Of a stretch of 64,000 nt of DNA, positions 1 to 13,630 are shown piece after piece. Source of the stretch: the human T2T-CHM13v2.0 reference genome, Homo sapiens. The stretch's first letter is position 1; the number at the start of each line of letters is the position of its first letter. A program made the translations under genes and the position numbers. The notes under the pieces were generated by a model. That model worked only from the letters and a program-made list of their open reading frames with translations, made no database searches and was not told the DNA's origin. The stretch lies in the NCBI RefSeq assembly GCF_009914755.1, contig NC_060926.1; one strand, written 5' to 3'.

Positions 1-1125
1 AAAATTAGGAAGAAGGAAATAAAAATCAATCCTCTTACCCCTCCCAATGATAACCACTATAAATGTATTTTAAAATGCATGGATGTGGAGCTGTGGTTCT
101 GGGAGGTGGAGGGAGCATACTCCATCTTGCCTCTCCCACTGTCTGTGGCTGTAAGACCTGGACATGTGCATGGAGCAGCTGTTGAGGACTCCGACAAGTA
201 AACGGTAACAGGCGGATGGGAGAGAAGGCCAGAATTTGAAGCACCACTTTGCACCAGTAGTGAGTTTCTTGTCTTCCCTTCAGCATCCCCTGCCCTGGAC
301 TCTGGCTGTCCAAAACCTGAAGGCAGGTACCCAGTATGAACAGGGAGAGCTACAGAGTAGTTTTGTAGTTGGGCCCCAAGACAGAAAGTGGGAGAAAGCC
401 ATTATTTTTTTCCCTCTTGCTTCCTCTCCTCCACTCAGCCCTGCAGTGGCAGGAGTGTGTGAACACCTAAAACTCTTAGGGAATGGGGAAAACCCCAGTT
501 GCCTTTTTATTCTCTTCCCTCCTGCAGCTCAGTCCCAGGCAAGATGCAGGCACAAGAATAGCATGGCTAAACGGAGTAATTAAAGCCGTAGGTTTCTGGT
601 TGGAGTCTGAAAAGGGGAGCCCAGGTCACTGGAAGGGATACTAGGGAGATTCCAGAGAGGGAATTGCTCAGGAAAGCGACCCCATGAAGTTGTTAGTTAA
701 CTTATAGGCTCAACACTGAGCTATGCACGCGTGATGTGAGCCAGAACAGGTTGCCAAAGACGGAACTCGGCTATGGGATAGACCATCGCCTGGAAGGCAG
801 GCTGGCCACCAAGCAAGTAGGGACCGCAGGACATTGCTGAGGAGCACTGCAAAGGCTTTGAAAGTGAAAGTGACACTGATACCATGTTCTACAGAAGGCT
901 GGTCAGGACCTGGGGACTGAATCCAGCCAGGCCAGTGCCTGCTCAACAAAATACCAGCATTCCCCATAGGATTTAAACAAGATCAAGAGTCTCTAAGAGT
1001 GTGATGTTAAAAATGTCCAGGATACAATGCAAAATTTACTCAGCATGTGAAGAACCAGGAAAATAACTCGTGAAAAAAGACACAGGCTAAAGCTGAGGTG
1101 GTGCCTATGTTGGAATTATCTGATA
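1..1125 (+). mobile_element. Old L1M 5'-region remnant (continues about 1715-1880)
   Basis: Degenerate similarity to old L1M pre-ORF1/ORF1 sequence (gatacaatgcaaaatttactcagcatgtgaagaaccaggaaaat...ttggaattatctga), interrupted by an MLT1. Confidence 0.5.
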
Positions 1126-1127
1126 GA

Positions 1128-1710
1128 CTGTGGTCTGCAGATTTGTGGCCTCCATGAGCTTGACCTCCTAGTGTTTATCCTGGGAGTATGTGACTGATTT
1201 GGCAAAAGCACATTGCAGATGTAATGAAGGGTACGAATCAACTAGCCTGGATTCGTTGTCTAGATTATCCAGGTGGGCCTTAGGTAATTATATGAGCCTT
1301 TAAAAGCAGGGATCTTCCTCCAGCTGGTAGCAGATGGGGAAGGCAGAGAGACTGGAAGTATAAGAAGTTTTCAACGTAACATTTCTGGCATGGAAGATGG
1401 AAGGGGCCATGAGCCAAGGAATGAGAATGACAAACAGCTGACAGCCAGCAAGAACTAAGAACCTCAGTCCTCTACCCACACAGACTTGAATGAGCCTGTA
1501 AGTGTATTCTCCCCCAAGGAAATCCACATAAGACCCCAGGTCAGCTGACACCTTGACTTAGACCTTTTGAGACCCTAAGCAGAGAATTCTGGTGAGTTAC
1601 ATTACACTCAAACTTCTAACCCGTAGACACTGTGAGATAATAAAAGGCTGTTATTTTAAGCTGCTAAGTTTGTGGAAATTTGTTAAGGCTACAGTTAAAA
1701 AATAAATAAA
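1128..1710 (+). mobile_element. MLT1-family MaLR solo LTR
   Basis: tgtggt start, ttgcagatgtaatgaagg, gattatccaggtgggcc, end ttttaagctgctaagtttgtggaaatttgtt. Confidence 0.8.
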
Positions 1711-1989
1711 ACTTTATAAAGCCCCTATTATTAAAATAGTCCAAGAAGTAAAGCTACTCTTGAAACAGATGGAAATATAGAAAGTCTTGGCAAGAAAACA
1801 GAAGATATAAAGAAGTGGGAATTTTAGTGAAAAATACAATAACTGAAATAAAATGGATGAAAGAGTGAATTCATAATGCATGGATTTACAGTTCTTTAAA
1901 TCAGTTTTTTGTTTGTTTTTAATCTTTTTAATACTTTTCATTTTTTCTTGACAACTATTCCTTCACAGTCATTTTTAATATATCTTTTC

Positions 1990-2057
1990 TGCTCTACATC
2001 CTGAGAGAAACTTCTCTAGTAATGAACTGTAGAAATAATCCCTGTAAATATAGTCTT
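1990..2057 (-). pseudogene. U3 snoRNA (SNORD3) 3'-truncated retrocopy, about nt 1-68
   Basis: Reverse complement AAGACTATATTTACAGGGATTATTTCTACAGTTCATTACTAGAGAAGTTTCTCTCAGGATGTAGAGCA matches the recalled U3 5' end at about 57/68 positions; followed by A-rich sequence. Confidence 0.9.
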
Positions 2058-3162
2058 ATGTTTTTTAGTCTTGAAGAATTTGCACTGTAATCTGTTGGAC
2101 TGGGAGCCATGCCGGATATTAGTCTCACCCCTGCACAAATCAGGTCTGTGGCCTTGAGCAAGCAGCTTCGTTTTCAAGGCTGTAGTTTCTTATGGAAAGT
2201 AGAGACTGGGCCAGGATTTCATAAAGTAGGAGCTTCTCTCTCCCTCTCTCTCAGCTTGAACTCTTGCATGGGTTCCTTGAATCCTTATGTACATCAAAAA
2301 TTATTGCTAGATTTGTTTTTTGTTTTGACTTGTGGAAAATTCCAAACATTCACAAAAGTAGAGAAAATAATAAATCAAAGCCCATGTATACAGCATCAAT
2401 AATCAACACATGGACAATCTTTTTTTCCTGTACCCACTTCCACTGATCCCCAACTCGTTGGATTATTTTTAAGTAAATGCTAGATATTATTTCATTTTAT
2501 CCATAAATGCTTTAGTATCCATCTCTAAGAGAGGGACTTTTTTCCCCTTCATGTACCCACAATACCACTAAAACACTAGAAAATAATATTAACCTCTTAA
2601 TATCATCTGATGCTTAGTTAGCATTCGTATTTCTCTGATCTGTAAATATTTGATTCAGGATTCAAATGAGGTCCTATATATAGCATTTGATAACATCATA
2701 CCTTATAGATAACATGTCTTAGTAGTTTTTATTTACACACATACACACACCGTTTCCTTTTTTTGTTGCCATTTACCAAAGAGACAAGGTCATTTCTCCT
2801 GTAGGATTTCTTTGTGGTTCTTTTATTCCTTAGGATATATTTTCCTGGTGACGTAGAATGAAGTTACTGGGCTTTGAAGTCACTTGAAGTAATTTTCTTT
2901 AGTTTAGCTGATGTCTTGATTTACAGTTAAGACCATTTGTTTCATTTCGTTTGGGTTTTTAGGACTTGCTTTTCTAAAATATTGATTTAATTTTGCTTTC
3001 TAATTATGTGAAACCATTTATGAGGTTCCCGTATCAAAACTACTAAACACCGTGTACAGTTTCCAACATTGTTTACCCCTTTCACTTCCTCCCTCATAGG
3101 TAACCATTTTCATTAGTTTTTGGTTTATGCTCTTTTTTTTTTTTTAATATAAACAAATACAT

Positions 3163-3260
3163 ACCACTTTGGGAGGTTAAAGCAGTGGCATCACTTGAGC
3201 CTGAGAGTTCGAGACCAGCCTGGGTAACCTAGTGAGACCTCATCACTACTAAAAAAAAAA
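3163..3260 (+). mobile_element. Alu left-arm fragment (FLAM/AluJ-like)
   Basis: cactttgggagg...gagttcgagaccagcctggg plus A tail. Confidence 0.85.
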
Positions 3261-3372
3261 TATATATATATATATATACGTATATATATATACGTGTATA
3301 TATATATATATACGTATATATATACACGTATATATATATACGTATATATATATATACACACACACATATATA
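3261..3372. repeat. Interrupted (TA)n microsatellite with TACG/CACG units
   Basis: Directly visible; grows out of the Alu A tail. Confidence 0.95.
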
Positions 3373-5092
3373 TTTTCTTCCTCTTTTAACAGAGGTTAGC
3401 ATGCCATGCACCTGGTTTTGCACCTTTTATTCACTTTCACACCAAAGCAGCATATACAGATCTTGCTTTTTTCTGTAAAGATTTTGATGTTAAATTGGAT
3501 GGCTTCATACCATCCCCCACAGAAGTGTTGAGAATCAGTTATCCAGATTCACTTCAGCTCCTAAAACTTCTGCTTTTCAGTTTGTAGAATTTTGTTTAAC
3601 ATAAAATCAGGATACCAGGTTGTAGAGGATCTAAAATACACTCTAAAGGAAATAATACATCCGTTTAGTGTTCAGGCAATTAAAAAAAATAACCTGGGGA
3701 GTAAAAGTAAGATTTTCAAATATTAGTTATGTAGAAAGAAATCTCTTTGGAACAATTAGTCTGTGTACTATGTTGCTGAATTTGTCTGAAAGTGATCTTC
3801 CTTTTCTTGCACACATTTAGCCACTGTTGCATTATGCTAAGGTAGGAAGATTGTGATAACATGATTTTATGGGGTATATTTAATTTTTGGCTACCAAACA
3901 CTATAAATTAGTAGAAATCAAGAACACATTTTCTTTCCATTTGTTCTCACATTGAGCTGCCTTATCACAGAATCATGGATTCTTAGACCTGAAAAATATC
4001 TGATTAACCCTTCCCTTCCTCTGTCATTTTCCAGTTGAAAAAGCTGGGGCTGGGAGTGGTGCCGTGACTCAGTTTGTTAATGGCAGAGTTGAAATTGAAA
4101 CCTGAGTGTGCTGGCCCTGAATTTCCACCATCCCCAGCTGCTGCTGCCTCCTTCCTTGTTCCCCATTAGCACCTGCCTTTTTATTTGGTCTTTTTTAAAT
4201 CACAGCTTGGTAGATACCTTTCTGTGTCAGTAAGCGCTCTTCCATCAGCAGAGTTCTTGAGTTGTTGACTGCCCTTCCTGGTGTTTGAGGGACAGGGTTG
4301 CCCACATATGGATCCTCCTCAGTGGTCAGCTCTGTGCAAGTGACACAGCCATCCTGAAGCGCCTGCTGGAGAAGTGTGTGCAGATGAGTTCTGCAGCACC
4401 CTTCTCCCCAAGCTTCTGGGGCCAAGCGTGGTTTCTGTGATGCTGGGGCCACACTGCCTTCAGACAACACTGTAGCAGTGTTGGTGTGTTTTTATGCAGC
4501 AGTGTTCTGGGGAGGGTGTGCAAGCCCACCTGCCCAGCCAGCCATTTCTCATTAGCAGTTTGAAGGCCTTACTTTACAGTACAGGTCTTGACATTTTTCT
4601 CTGCTTCCTCACATTGACTATTTAGTTCCTTATTCTAAAAGTTACTAATGCTTAGAAAGAGAATAAAGAAGGATCCGTCTCTTGCTGTGCTGCAGTAAAG
4701 AGGTAATGCGCCCCAGGGCCGAGGGATTGAGGAGGAATTCCATTTGAACATCATCAGCAGTGAAGTTTCTTCCCAATGCTGCAGTGGACTTTCATATTAG
4801 ATGAGTGTAGTGAAATATTAAGTTCATATTCTGGTTTCTTGGGTTGGTCGTAGAGGAGTTTAGTTTTTTATTTTCCCAAAGCAGACAGTGAAAAATATTT
4901 TAGGAAAGGTGATTTTTTTTAAATTGCAAAATAGAAATGTTAGCCTCTACCCGTTACTGTGGATGGTGGACTATGCTTTTGTCTAAAAAGCCATGTGCTG
5001 ATTTTCCAGCAGAAGGGGAAGAGTTTTGGTAGCCAAGTCTGGGCCCAAGTCCTAGCTCTGTCACTTCTGAGTTATTTGTTCCTTGGCAGGCC

Positions 5093-5300
5093 TTTTTTTT
5101 TTTAATAGATTTTATTTTTTAGAGCAGTTTTAGGTTAATAGCAAAATTAAGCAGGAGATAAAGAGATTTTCCATATACCCTCCACCCCCACATACACACA
5201 GCATCCCCTACTGTCAACATTTGTCACTAGAGTGGTCCATTTGTTACAAACCTACTCAGTACATCATTATCACCCAAAGCTTTGGCAGACTTTTGAGCTG
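5093..5300 (-). mobile_element. L1MC-like 3' end
   Basis: Poly-T then agagcagttttaggtt...catcattatcacccaaag. Confidence 0.7.
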
Positions 5301-5854
5301 AATTTTCCAACTTTAAAATGGAAATGACATGTCACGGGGTTTTCTTTTATTATTAAATGAGACTATACCCACAAGAGCCGAGTTTGTAGTAGGCAGGACC
5401 AAATGTCAGTAGTGCAAATTGTATCGGCCACCAGAAATGTTTTTAGGAATGAAGACTGCAAAGCATTTCATTCACGTTGAAAGAAGATGGCACAATAAGC
5501 TGAGTCCCCCACAGATTCTTGGTTGTTTACTTTGCCACTTTCCTCTGGGTATCTGGGAGGTTTCGCTGGCAGGAGCAGGGATGGGCAGAGGTTGGCACCA
5601 GGTTCCTGGGACCACAGAACATGGTGCGCCAAGGACTGTTCATGGCCTTGCCGTGTTCCTAGTCTAGCCTGTGTGTTCTTGCCTCTTTAATACTTGTTTA
5701 TAAGCGCACAAAGCAAAACAAATGTAATTTTCATTAGTCAAAATTTATGTGAAACAGCCTCAGCCTCCCGAGTAGCTGGGATTGACAGGCTTTGACACCG
5801 AGGTTAACCGACAGTCACAACAATGGGGTTACCTGCCGGTTTTCTATTAATGTA

Positions 5855-5988
5855 TTTTTTTACATTTCTTTAGAGATAGAGTCTCACTATGTTGCCCAGG
5901 CTGGTTTCAAACTGCTATTCTCAAGTGATCCTCCCACCTCAGTCTCCTGAGTAGCTGAGATTATAGGTGTGCGCCACTATTCCTGGCT
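5855..5988 (-). mobile_element. Alu monomer (FLAM-like)
   Basis: agagatagagtctcactatgttgcccagg...gtgcgccactattcctggc. Confidence 0.85.
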
Positions 5989-6027
5989 TTATTAAGGTCT
6001 TTTTAAGTTTTCATAAGCTTAGTAATA

Positions 6028-6108
6028 AACTTAAAGTCTTAAACTTAAGTCTTAGTCTTAAATTTAGTGTTAAAGTCTTAAATATAAGTCTTAGTCTTAA
6101 TCTTAAAG
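6028..6108. repeat. Degenerate short tandem repeat of (A)AGTCTT(A) units
   Basis: aaacttaaagtcttaaacttaagtcttagtcttaaatttagtgttaaagtcttaaatataagtcttagtcttaatcttaaag. Confidence 0.8.
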
Positions 6109-7175
6109 CTGAGTAATTATTAAACGGATAGTTTATGCCACGTTACTATTATGTGACAACAAACAGATTTTTCTTTGGGATATCAGCAACAGAGTACCAC
6201 AGGGTCATCTCCTCTCAAGTGAATCTGTCTTCTTAAGATCAGTCTCATGAACAAGGGTATCTTGTTGTGGCCCTGCATCTCAGCTGCAGCCATGTTGACG
6301 TCTGTCTGGGCTAAATGAAAATGAGGATGTAAGTCGCTGCTTGGAAAGTGTGCAAACGTGTAAAGATTTCCTCTGTGAGCCACATATTTGAGAAGAGAGT
6401 TTGATATTCCTTAAGCTAGGAAAAGTGTTTTTTATTTGTCTAGTGTGTCATGTTCTCGTGGAAGAGGAAGCAATGTTAAAAAACTTGTTTTAAACATTTT
6501 TGTTATAAAATAAACACACATAAAAACATGAATCAGATATATGGCTTAATGAATTATAAAATGAACACTGTCCAGATCAAGAAATAAAACTGTGCCCTGC
6601 CCACCTAAGAACTCCTTCTCTGTGTTCCATCCCAGTGACAGTCCCTCTCTCCCATCAAGAAGGGACCACTTTAGTAATAACTTCCTGGTGTTTTCTCTTT
6701 ATGGTTTTATCAGTGGAATGTGCACCTCTAGGGAGTACAGGTTAGTCTTGTCTATTTTTTTTTTTTAGCAGTAGATGTTTAGACATGACTTTCTTATAAT
6801 GAGTAGAAGAGAAAGAACCTGAAGAAATTTTTAAAGCTATACTTAAGAAAACATAAATGAGAATTATACAGTAGAATAAATAAGAGAAATGACTTCTAAA
6901 AATGTATTTCAGTTGTATAAATGTTTACAGATTTGTAGCATTACTTAAGGGAAAGAATGCCTTTGGTGACCAAAGTAAAACATCCTATCCTTTGTTTCAG
7001 AAGAACCCACTGTTGGTGGTTCTATATTTAATAAATGTTGTGAGCTGACCAAGAACATATAGATCACTTATTTTTATTTTCATGTTTTCACGTTGGAGGA
7101 ACCTTCAAAGTGGAAGTCTTCTTCATTTGCATTCTCTTACTTTTGCATTAACTACTCAATAAATAAAAGTTTGTG

Positions 7176-7828
7176 AAAAAGACAAATATCATATATTCTC
7201 ACTCATATGTGGGAACTGAAAAAAAGTGATGGTTACCAGAGGTTGGGAAGGGTAGTAGGGGGTGGGAAATTAAGAAGGATTAATTAATGGGTACAAAAAT
7301 GCAGTAAGAAGAAATAAGATCTATTGTTTGGTAGCACAATAGGGCAACTATAGTTAATACCTTATTGTATATTTCAAAATAACTGGAGGAGTGGATTTGG
7401 AATGTTCCCAACAGAAAGAATTTGTAAATGTTTGAGGTCGAGGATATCCCAAATACCCTAATTTGACCATTACACATTGTTTGCTTGTATAAGGATACAA
7501 AACTTGAGTTAGACAGCAGTTTAGAAGATCTATTATATAGCATGGTGACTCTAGTTAGTATTGTATTTCTGAAAATTGCTAAGATACATACCGTATTTCT
7601 GAACATTACTAATTTTTGTGGATTTTAAGTGTTCTCACCACAAAAAATTTGAAGTTTGTGAGGTCTTGCATATGTTAATTGCCTCAATTTGGCCATCCCG
7701 TAGTGTAGACATATTTCAGGGCATCATGTTGTACATGATAAGTATATACAATTTCTGTCAATTAAAAAATAAGAAAAAAAATCACATACCCCATAAACAT
7801 GTACAATTATGCACTCATAAAAATTAAG
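7176..7828 (+). mobile_element. L1MA 3' end with a second L1MA 3' end nested at about 7490-7780
   Basis: L1MA 3'UTR motifs occur twice; 12-bp TSD taaaagtttgtg at 7164-7175 and 7829-7840. Confidence 0.8.
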
Positions 7829-8408
7829 TAAAAGTTTGTGGAACTGAAATGAAAAGGCTCGTTTATGATTCTCAGAACTTCATATATCTCATGTTTAATA
7901 TTAGTGTTGCAAAAACGGTAATTTTGTTAAAGTGTTGTTCTGTTTGTGGTTGTAGTCTTTTGTCTTTTGCTGTTATCATCTTTACAGTACATTTCATGAT
8001 GTACCAGTTCATGTTTTTTGGTGCCAGTGACATTAAGTAAATACTTAGCAAATGTTTACAGTAAGAATTTAGTTCCTTCCCTCAAGGAGCATCCAGCATG
8101 GAGAAAGACAGCTGAAGATGATGGGTAACTGCCAACCTGTGCCAAACGTGCAGCTCAGGTAATAAATGTGTCAGTCAGTGGCTTTGTTTAGGAATTAGGA
8201 TGGGACCTTGCACTGCCTTGTTGTTTTGTTCATAGTACTCACATTTTGCTTCTCCCGGAGGATTTAGCTCTTCATTTTTTGCTTTCTTGTTTGATAAATT
8301 GGACGTGTGCAGAAGTTCAAAAGGTTGTCTTTGTGGGTAAGGTTTAAGTGTACAGTAGGAAATGCCTGGCAGTAAGTCACTGAGAGCCTATTTGAAATTA
8401 AGAGATTA

Positions 8409-8786
<378 letters not shown>

Positions 8787-10312
8787 TTAAGTTGTCGTGC
8801 AAGGGGACTGGGCTAGAAATTGAGTGAGATTAACTCTTTAAAAGGTTACAGATTAGCGGAAGACTCTGAGAGTGATTGGGTGAGATAAAATAATGCGTGC
8901 AGTGCTACATGCTTTGTTGATTAAACACCGAGCATTTGTATCTCACCTCCACCAGTTTTGCCATATTTTTTGCCATACTATGTTTTATTGTATTAAATAT
9001 TTAAAAATTGATTTTTAAACATAAGACATTTCACAAGGGAAGTTGCCATAAATAATAGATTATTAATAAATATTAAAAACAAGCTAGTATTATTAATTTT
9101 AGCTGATACTTAATACTAAATATTTAGTACCTAATACTAGCCTGATCTTCGTTAAAAACAATGAAGACACATTTTACTATCTTTGTGTGTCCCGTGCCAT
9201 CATGTTGCAGACTTCAAATATACACAATAAAATCTGTTTTAAAAAATATATACCCAATTTGAATGGAAAAATAAAATCTACAGTGCATTAAATAAATAAT
9301 GACAAGCAGCACTGTTAGACTTAACAGCTTGCAAGCAGAGACCTTTCCCTTGGCACAAAAGGAGAGTTGAAAAGGACCTGAGCTCCTCCCTAGGCCAGGT
9401 GTTTGACCTTCTTGGGCCCTCATTGTCATCTGTTAAGTGGGCTGTGGATAGTGATGAGGGGGTTATTGTGAGTATGGGGGTTATTGTGAGAATGGGCAGG
9501 AGCTGGGAAGGGCCTGACCAGGGGCAGGTGCCTCCTGCTACCAGGCATGTGGTCCTTGTTACCCTTATCCAGGCTGTCATTCAGTTCCATATGTGAAATT
9601 ACATCCCAGACTACCAGTGGCACCCACTCCACCCTGGCGAGACACGTTAGAAAAATCGCGGGTTACAAAGCTGGCAAAGACAAACCTGGCTGTTTTCATC
9701 TCCTTTATTGGCATTTTTCCTCAGCTGGAGTAGCCCTTTACTCCACATAAAGTCAGCAGAGGGGAAGAACAGCTGCACGAATGCCTCAGCTCTTGCTGTG
9801 CACTGCCTGACACGCGTTGATGCTGTGCTTTGTGGAGCCTGTTTACGTTTGGTAGAAATGGCACCATCTAGTACTTAAAAAGGATCATCACCACAATAAC
9901 TGTTTGGGCTGGTGGCGAGAGGTGTGCCAGGGAGTGGGCAGCCTAGGGTTGGTGTGGCAGCCCTGGGCTCTCTTGCCTCTGCTGGGTGGGTGGGTGGTGG
10001 TGATGTCACTCGTTTGTGAGGTCTAACAGGTTAAATGAGTTAATGGGTATGCCTGGCTCATAGAGCATCTGGAAATATTGTTATTGAGGGTGGTGCTTGT
10101 TATTTTATGCTCCACCTATGAGTGCCTGAGTAGAAAATAATCTTTTGTAACACTTTCTTTTGACGTGATTAAGACTCACAGAAGTTGCAGTAATAGTACA
10201 GAGGATTCCCGTGTCTCCGATAATTTGTCTTTTACCTTGTTTTAGTACCTAAATAATGTGATAATTCCTTCATGTGGTTTTTTTTTTTTTCATTTTAGTG
10301 TTTTCTTCACTC

Positions 10313-10402
10313 ATGGTGAAGAATGGGGGAGATAGAAGGAACCTACAGAGTCCTGCAGACTGCAGGGATGCGCTTGGGTGCCCAGACCCCTGTGGGAGTT
10401 AG
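10313..10402 (+). promoter_or_regulatory. Out-of-frame upstream ATG / overlapping uORF (29 aa)
   Basis: ATG at 10313, 10 nt before the main ATG (ctcATGG); reads MVKNGGDRRNLQSPADCRDALGCPDPCGS, TAG at 10400-10402. Confidence 0.6.
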
Positions 10403-10505
10403 CACCCTTGAGCCTGGGCAGACTCTCTTGCCCAGAATGCAAGAGAAGCACCTGCACCTCAGAGTAAAGCTGCTGGACAACACCATGGAAATATTTGACA
10501 TTGAG
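10323..10505 (+). CDS. FARP2: FARP2 first coding exon (exon 2; exon starts 10299 with 24 nt of 5'UTR), codons 1-61
   Basis: Translates MGEIEGTYRVLQTAGMRLGAQTPVGVSTLEPGQTLLPRMQEKHLHLRVKLLDNTMEIFDIE, the recognised FARP2 N-terminus. Poly-T tract and AG at 10297-10298, strong Kozak (aagaATGG), donor GAG|gtaaga. Confidence 0.97.
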
Positions 10506-11205
10506 GTAAGAAGCATGATTTTTGGAGGCATATTTCCTTATATCTTCTAACAGTCAAATTATGTACCAAATTCCATTTTGCTGGTTAGACTTTGCATATT
10601 AAGTTGATCAAGAGTAGCTTTGGTAACACATGAGAAAATCCTTAGAAACAGTAAATCTGAATTTCTCCTTTTATTTGGAAAGTGGTATTGTATCTTTTGT
10701 TTAAAATTGTAGTACAATTTGGTCTTTCTACTCATCTTCTTTCGTGAGAGGCTGGCTAAGAGACTGCTGGAAGGTGCAGACTGGAGCCAGATGGTACACC
10801 CAGACCTTCCCAGCTTAAGCCACCTGGTCTCAGCGAGGCCCAGGCCACCTGGATGCGGGGATGCCACTTAGCTTCCATGTGTGTCAGCTTCCTTTTCTGA
10901 AACAGAGGGACAATTATAATCCCTCTTTCTCAGAGCTGCTGGTGAGAGGATTGAGCAAACACACAGAGCCTGTCATGCAGGAGGTGTTGTATGGTGTTAA
11001 CATATAACTTAATTTTCTAGGTCAATGATAATACAGTTTTTATTTTGAAAATTCCCTGATAGAAGATTGCACTGGTAATATTAGCAAGAACAATTAAATA
11101 TACTAAGAATATATGCATATATCAATATTTAAGTAACACTATTTTTTAGATCCATGTGATGTATTAGAAAACATTTTTTTGTTTTTCTACATGTTATTAG
11201 CATGA

Positions 11206-11559
<354 letters not shown>

Positions 11560-12152
11560 TAATACACAAATACATTCTCTTTTTTCTAATTTTTTCTGGC
11601 TTTCAAGTAACATCTTTAGAAGCTTTTCTTGCTCTTAATGGCACAAAAGTAAGGACAAGAGAATGAATTTAAACTAGCAGGAGGTTTATTTACACTTGGG
11701 AATTTCTTTTGAGGAGTCAAGATGCCACACAGAAAACAAAACTATTATTGAGCTGTGGACCTTATTGCGGAATGCATTGCATGGGGTGGGAAGGAGGGAA
11801 GAGGGAACACAGAGGAGGGGAGCTTGGTGGGTGGGGCAGTGAAGCTCTGAGCAAGGTGGTCTCTGGGTTTGAGTGTTGTTTGAAGGCAAGTATGGAGGGT
11901 GTAAGAACTCAGGGAACCTGGGTGCTTTTCTGAAGTGCTTATCTGAGGAGGAAGTGAAAGATAATTTCATCAGGGCCATGGTAACTGAAACTGGTAGGAC
12001 CTGTCTGTCCAACTTCCCACATCACTTCTGTTGCAGAGAAGGAGGTCTGAAGCTGGGCAACCTTTGAACCCTGAAGAGTAGCAGTCGGCTGCCCTTTCAC
12101 CAGCTCTTGGGTGACTTTCCTGTAGGAAATAGGTTAAAGTCTGGACACTTAA

Positions 12153-12465
<313 letters not shown>

Positions 12466-12978
12466 CCAAATCTTTTCAATCAAGTGTTTGGAGGAATTTC
12501 CACCATGTAGTCATCCTCCAATAAACACATTTACCATTGTCTAGGCTTGTAATAGGTGCAAAATTTAAGAGAAAAAAAGTGAAAGAAAAATAATTGTACT
12601 AATAGGTTTACTTTTAGAGTGTCTTTTTTTTTTGTTCTGCCTACTGGACTTTATCAACTAAAACTAGGACCCAGAAGAAAAAAGCACACATTTGTTGTTG
12701 AGTCATAAATAAGATGTAAATTCTTCTCTAAGAAATTCACCTTTACTGAGTATGAGTCATTTTATACCTAAGAAAATAAGAGATGCCATTTTGTGAAGGT
12801 TTTACAATATTTAGAGCTTGTCAGTTTTAATAAATTGAGATTATGGTTTCAGTTAAATATAACCGTCATGTTTGGTATTTGAGATATCTGGCAGAGTTAC
12901 CAGAAATTAAAGAACTTTTATCTGAAGCAAAAGAAAATGGTCTTGCATATTCTGAATATCCTGGGTTGGATGGGGTAC

Positions 12979-13106
12979 TTTTTTTTTTTAAGAGACAGGA
13001 TCTTGCTATGTTCCCCAGGCCAGCCTCTAACTCTTGGACTCAAGTGATCCTCCTGCCTCAGCCTCCCAAGTAGCTAGGACTACAGGTGTGAGCCACTGTG
13101 CCAGCT
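12979..13106 (-). mobile_element. Alu monomer (FLAM)
   Basis: Single Alu arm with poly-T. Confidence 0.85.
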
Positions 13107-13214
13107 TGGGGTATTTTTTACATTGTGTTGCCTGCTGATACACACCTTTAGGGAGAGCTAAAATTCAATATATTGTAAGTTGGTTGTATTCTGCTTCCAA
13201 GTACCCTGTCCTCC

Positions 13215-13630
13215 ACAACTGCATCAGTTAGCTTTGTTAAGTGACAAACCATCCCAAACATGGAGCTTAAATCACAGGTCTGTTTGTTGGTTTGGAGGCT
13301 CTACTAGGCTGACTTGGAGGGTTGGGCAACCTGGGATTGCCTTACCCACACATTTGGCACCCTGGTTGGAACCTCATGTGCAGAATCTCATTCTCCCTCC
13401 AGCCCACTTGGCCTCATTTTTGTGGTCACAGAAACGTTCTCAGTCCAGAAGTGGGCACTGCAGTGTCCTTTGGGCTCTTGGCTTGGAGTTTGTCCATTGT
13501 CACTTCTGCCACATTTTATTAATCAAAGCAAGCTACCAGGCTAGCTCTGATTCGAGGGGTGGAGAAGTAGAGGCACCTTGATGAGAGAGCGGCCAGGAAT
13601 TGGTGAGCATTTTTTGTAATCTACCCTGAC
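13215..13630 (-). mobile_element. Old MLT1 MaLR LTR
   Basis: tgtcacttctgccacattttattaatcaaagcaag...ggtggagaagtagaggcaccttgatgagag motifs. Confidence 0.65.

Noticed and set aside
6028-6108. Short repeated units considered as a CRISPR-like array
   Set aside because: No constant repeat with unique spacers; slippage-type repeat in eukaryotic intron.
9458-9496. 18-bp tandem duplication ggggttattgtgag(t/a)atg
   Set aside because: Ordinary slippage duplication in a MIR-like remnant.
10299-10505. Exon 2 is 207 nt (a multiple of 3) and flanked by inverted Alus, so a rolling-circle ORF was considered
   Set aside because: An in-frame TGA in the 24-nt UTR segment would stop translation after one pass.
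10506-10550. ORF-track extensions beyond the exons (also around 40960-41283, 48263-48451, 55063-55365)
   Set aside because: Read-through across canonical splice sites into intron.
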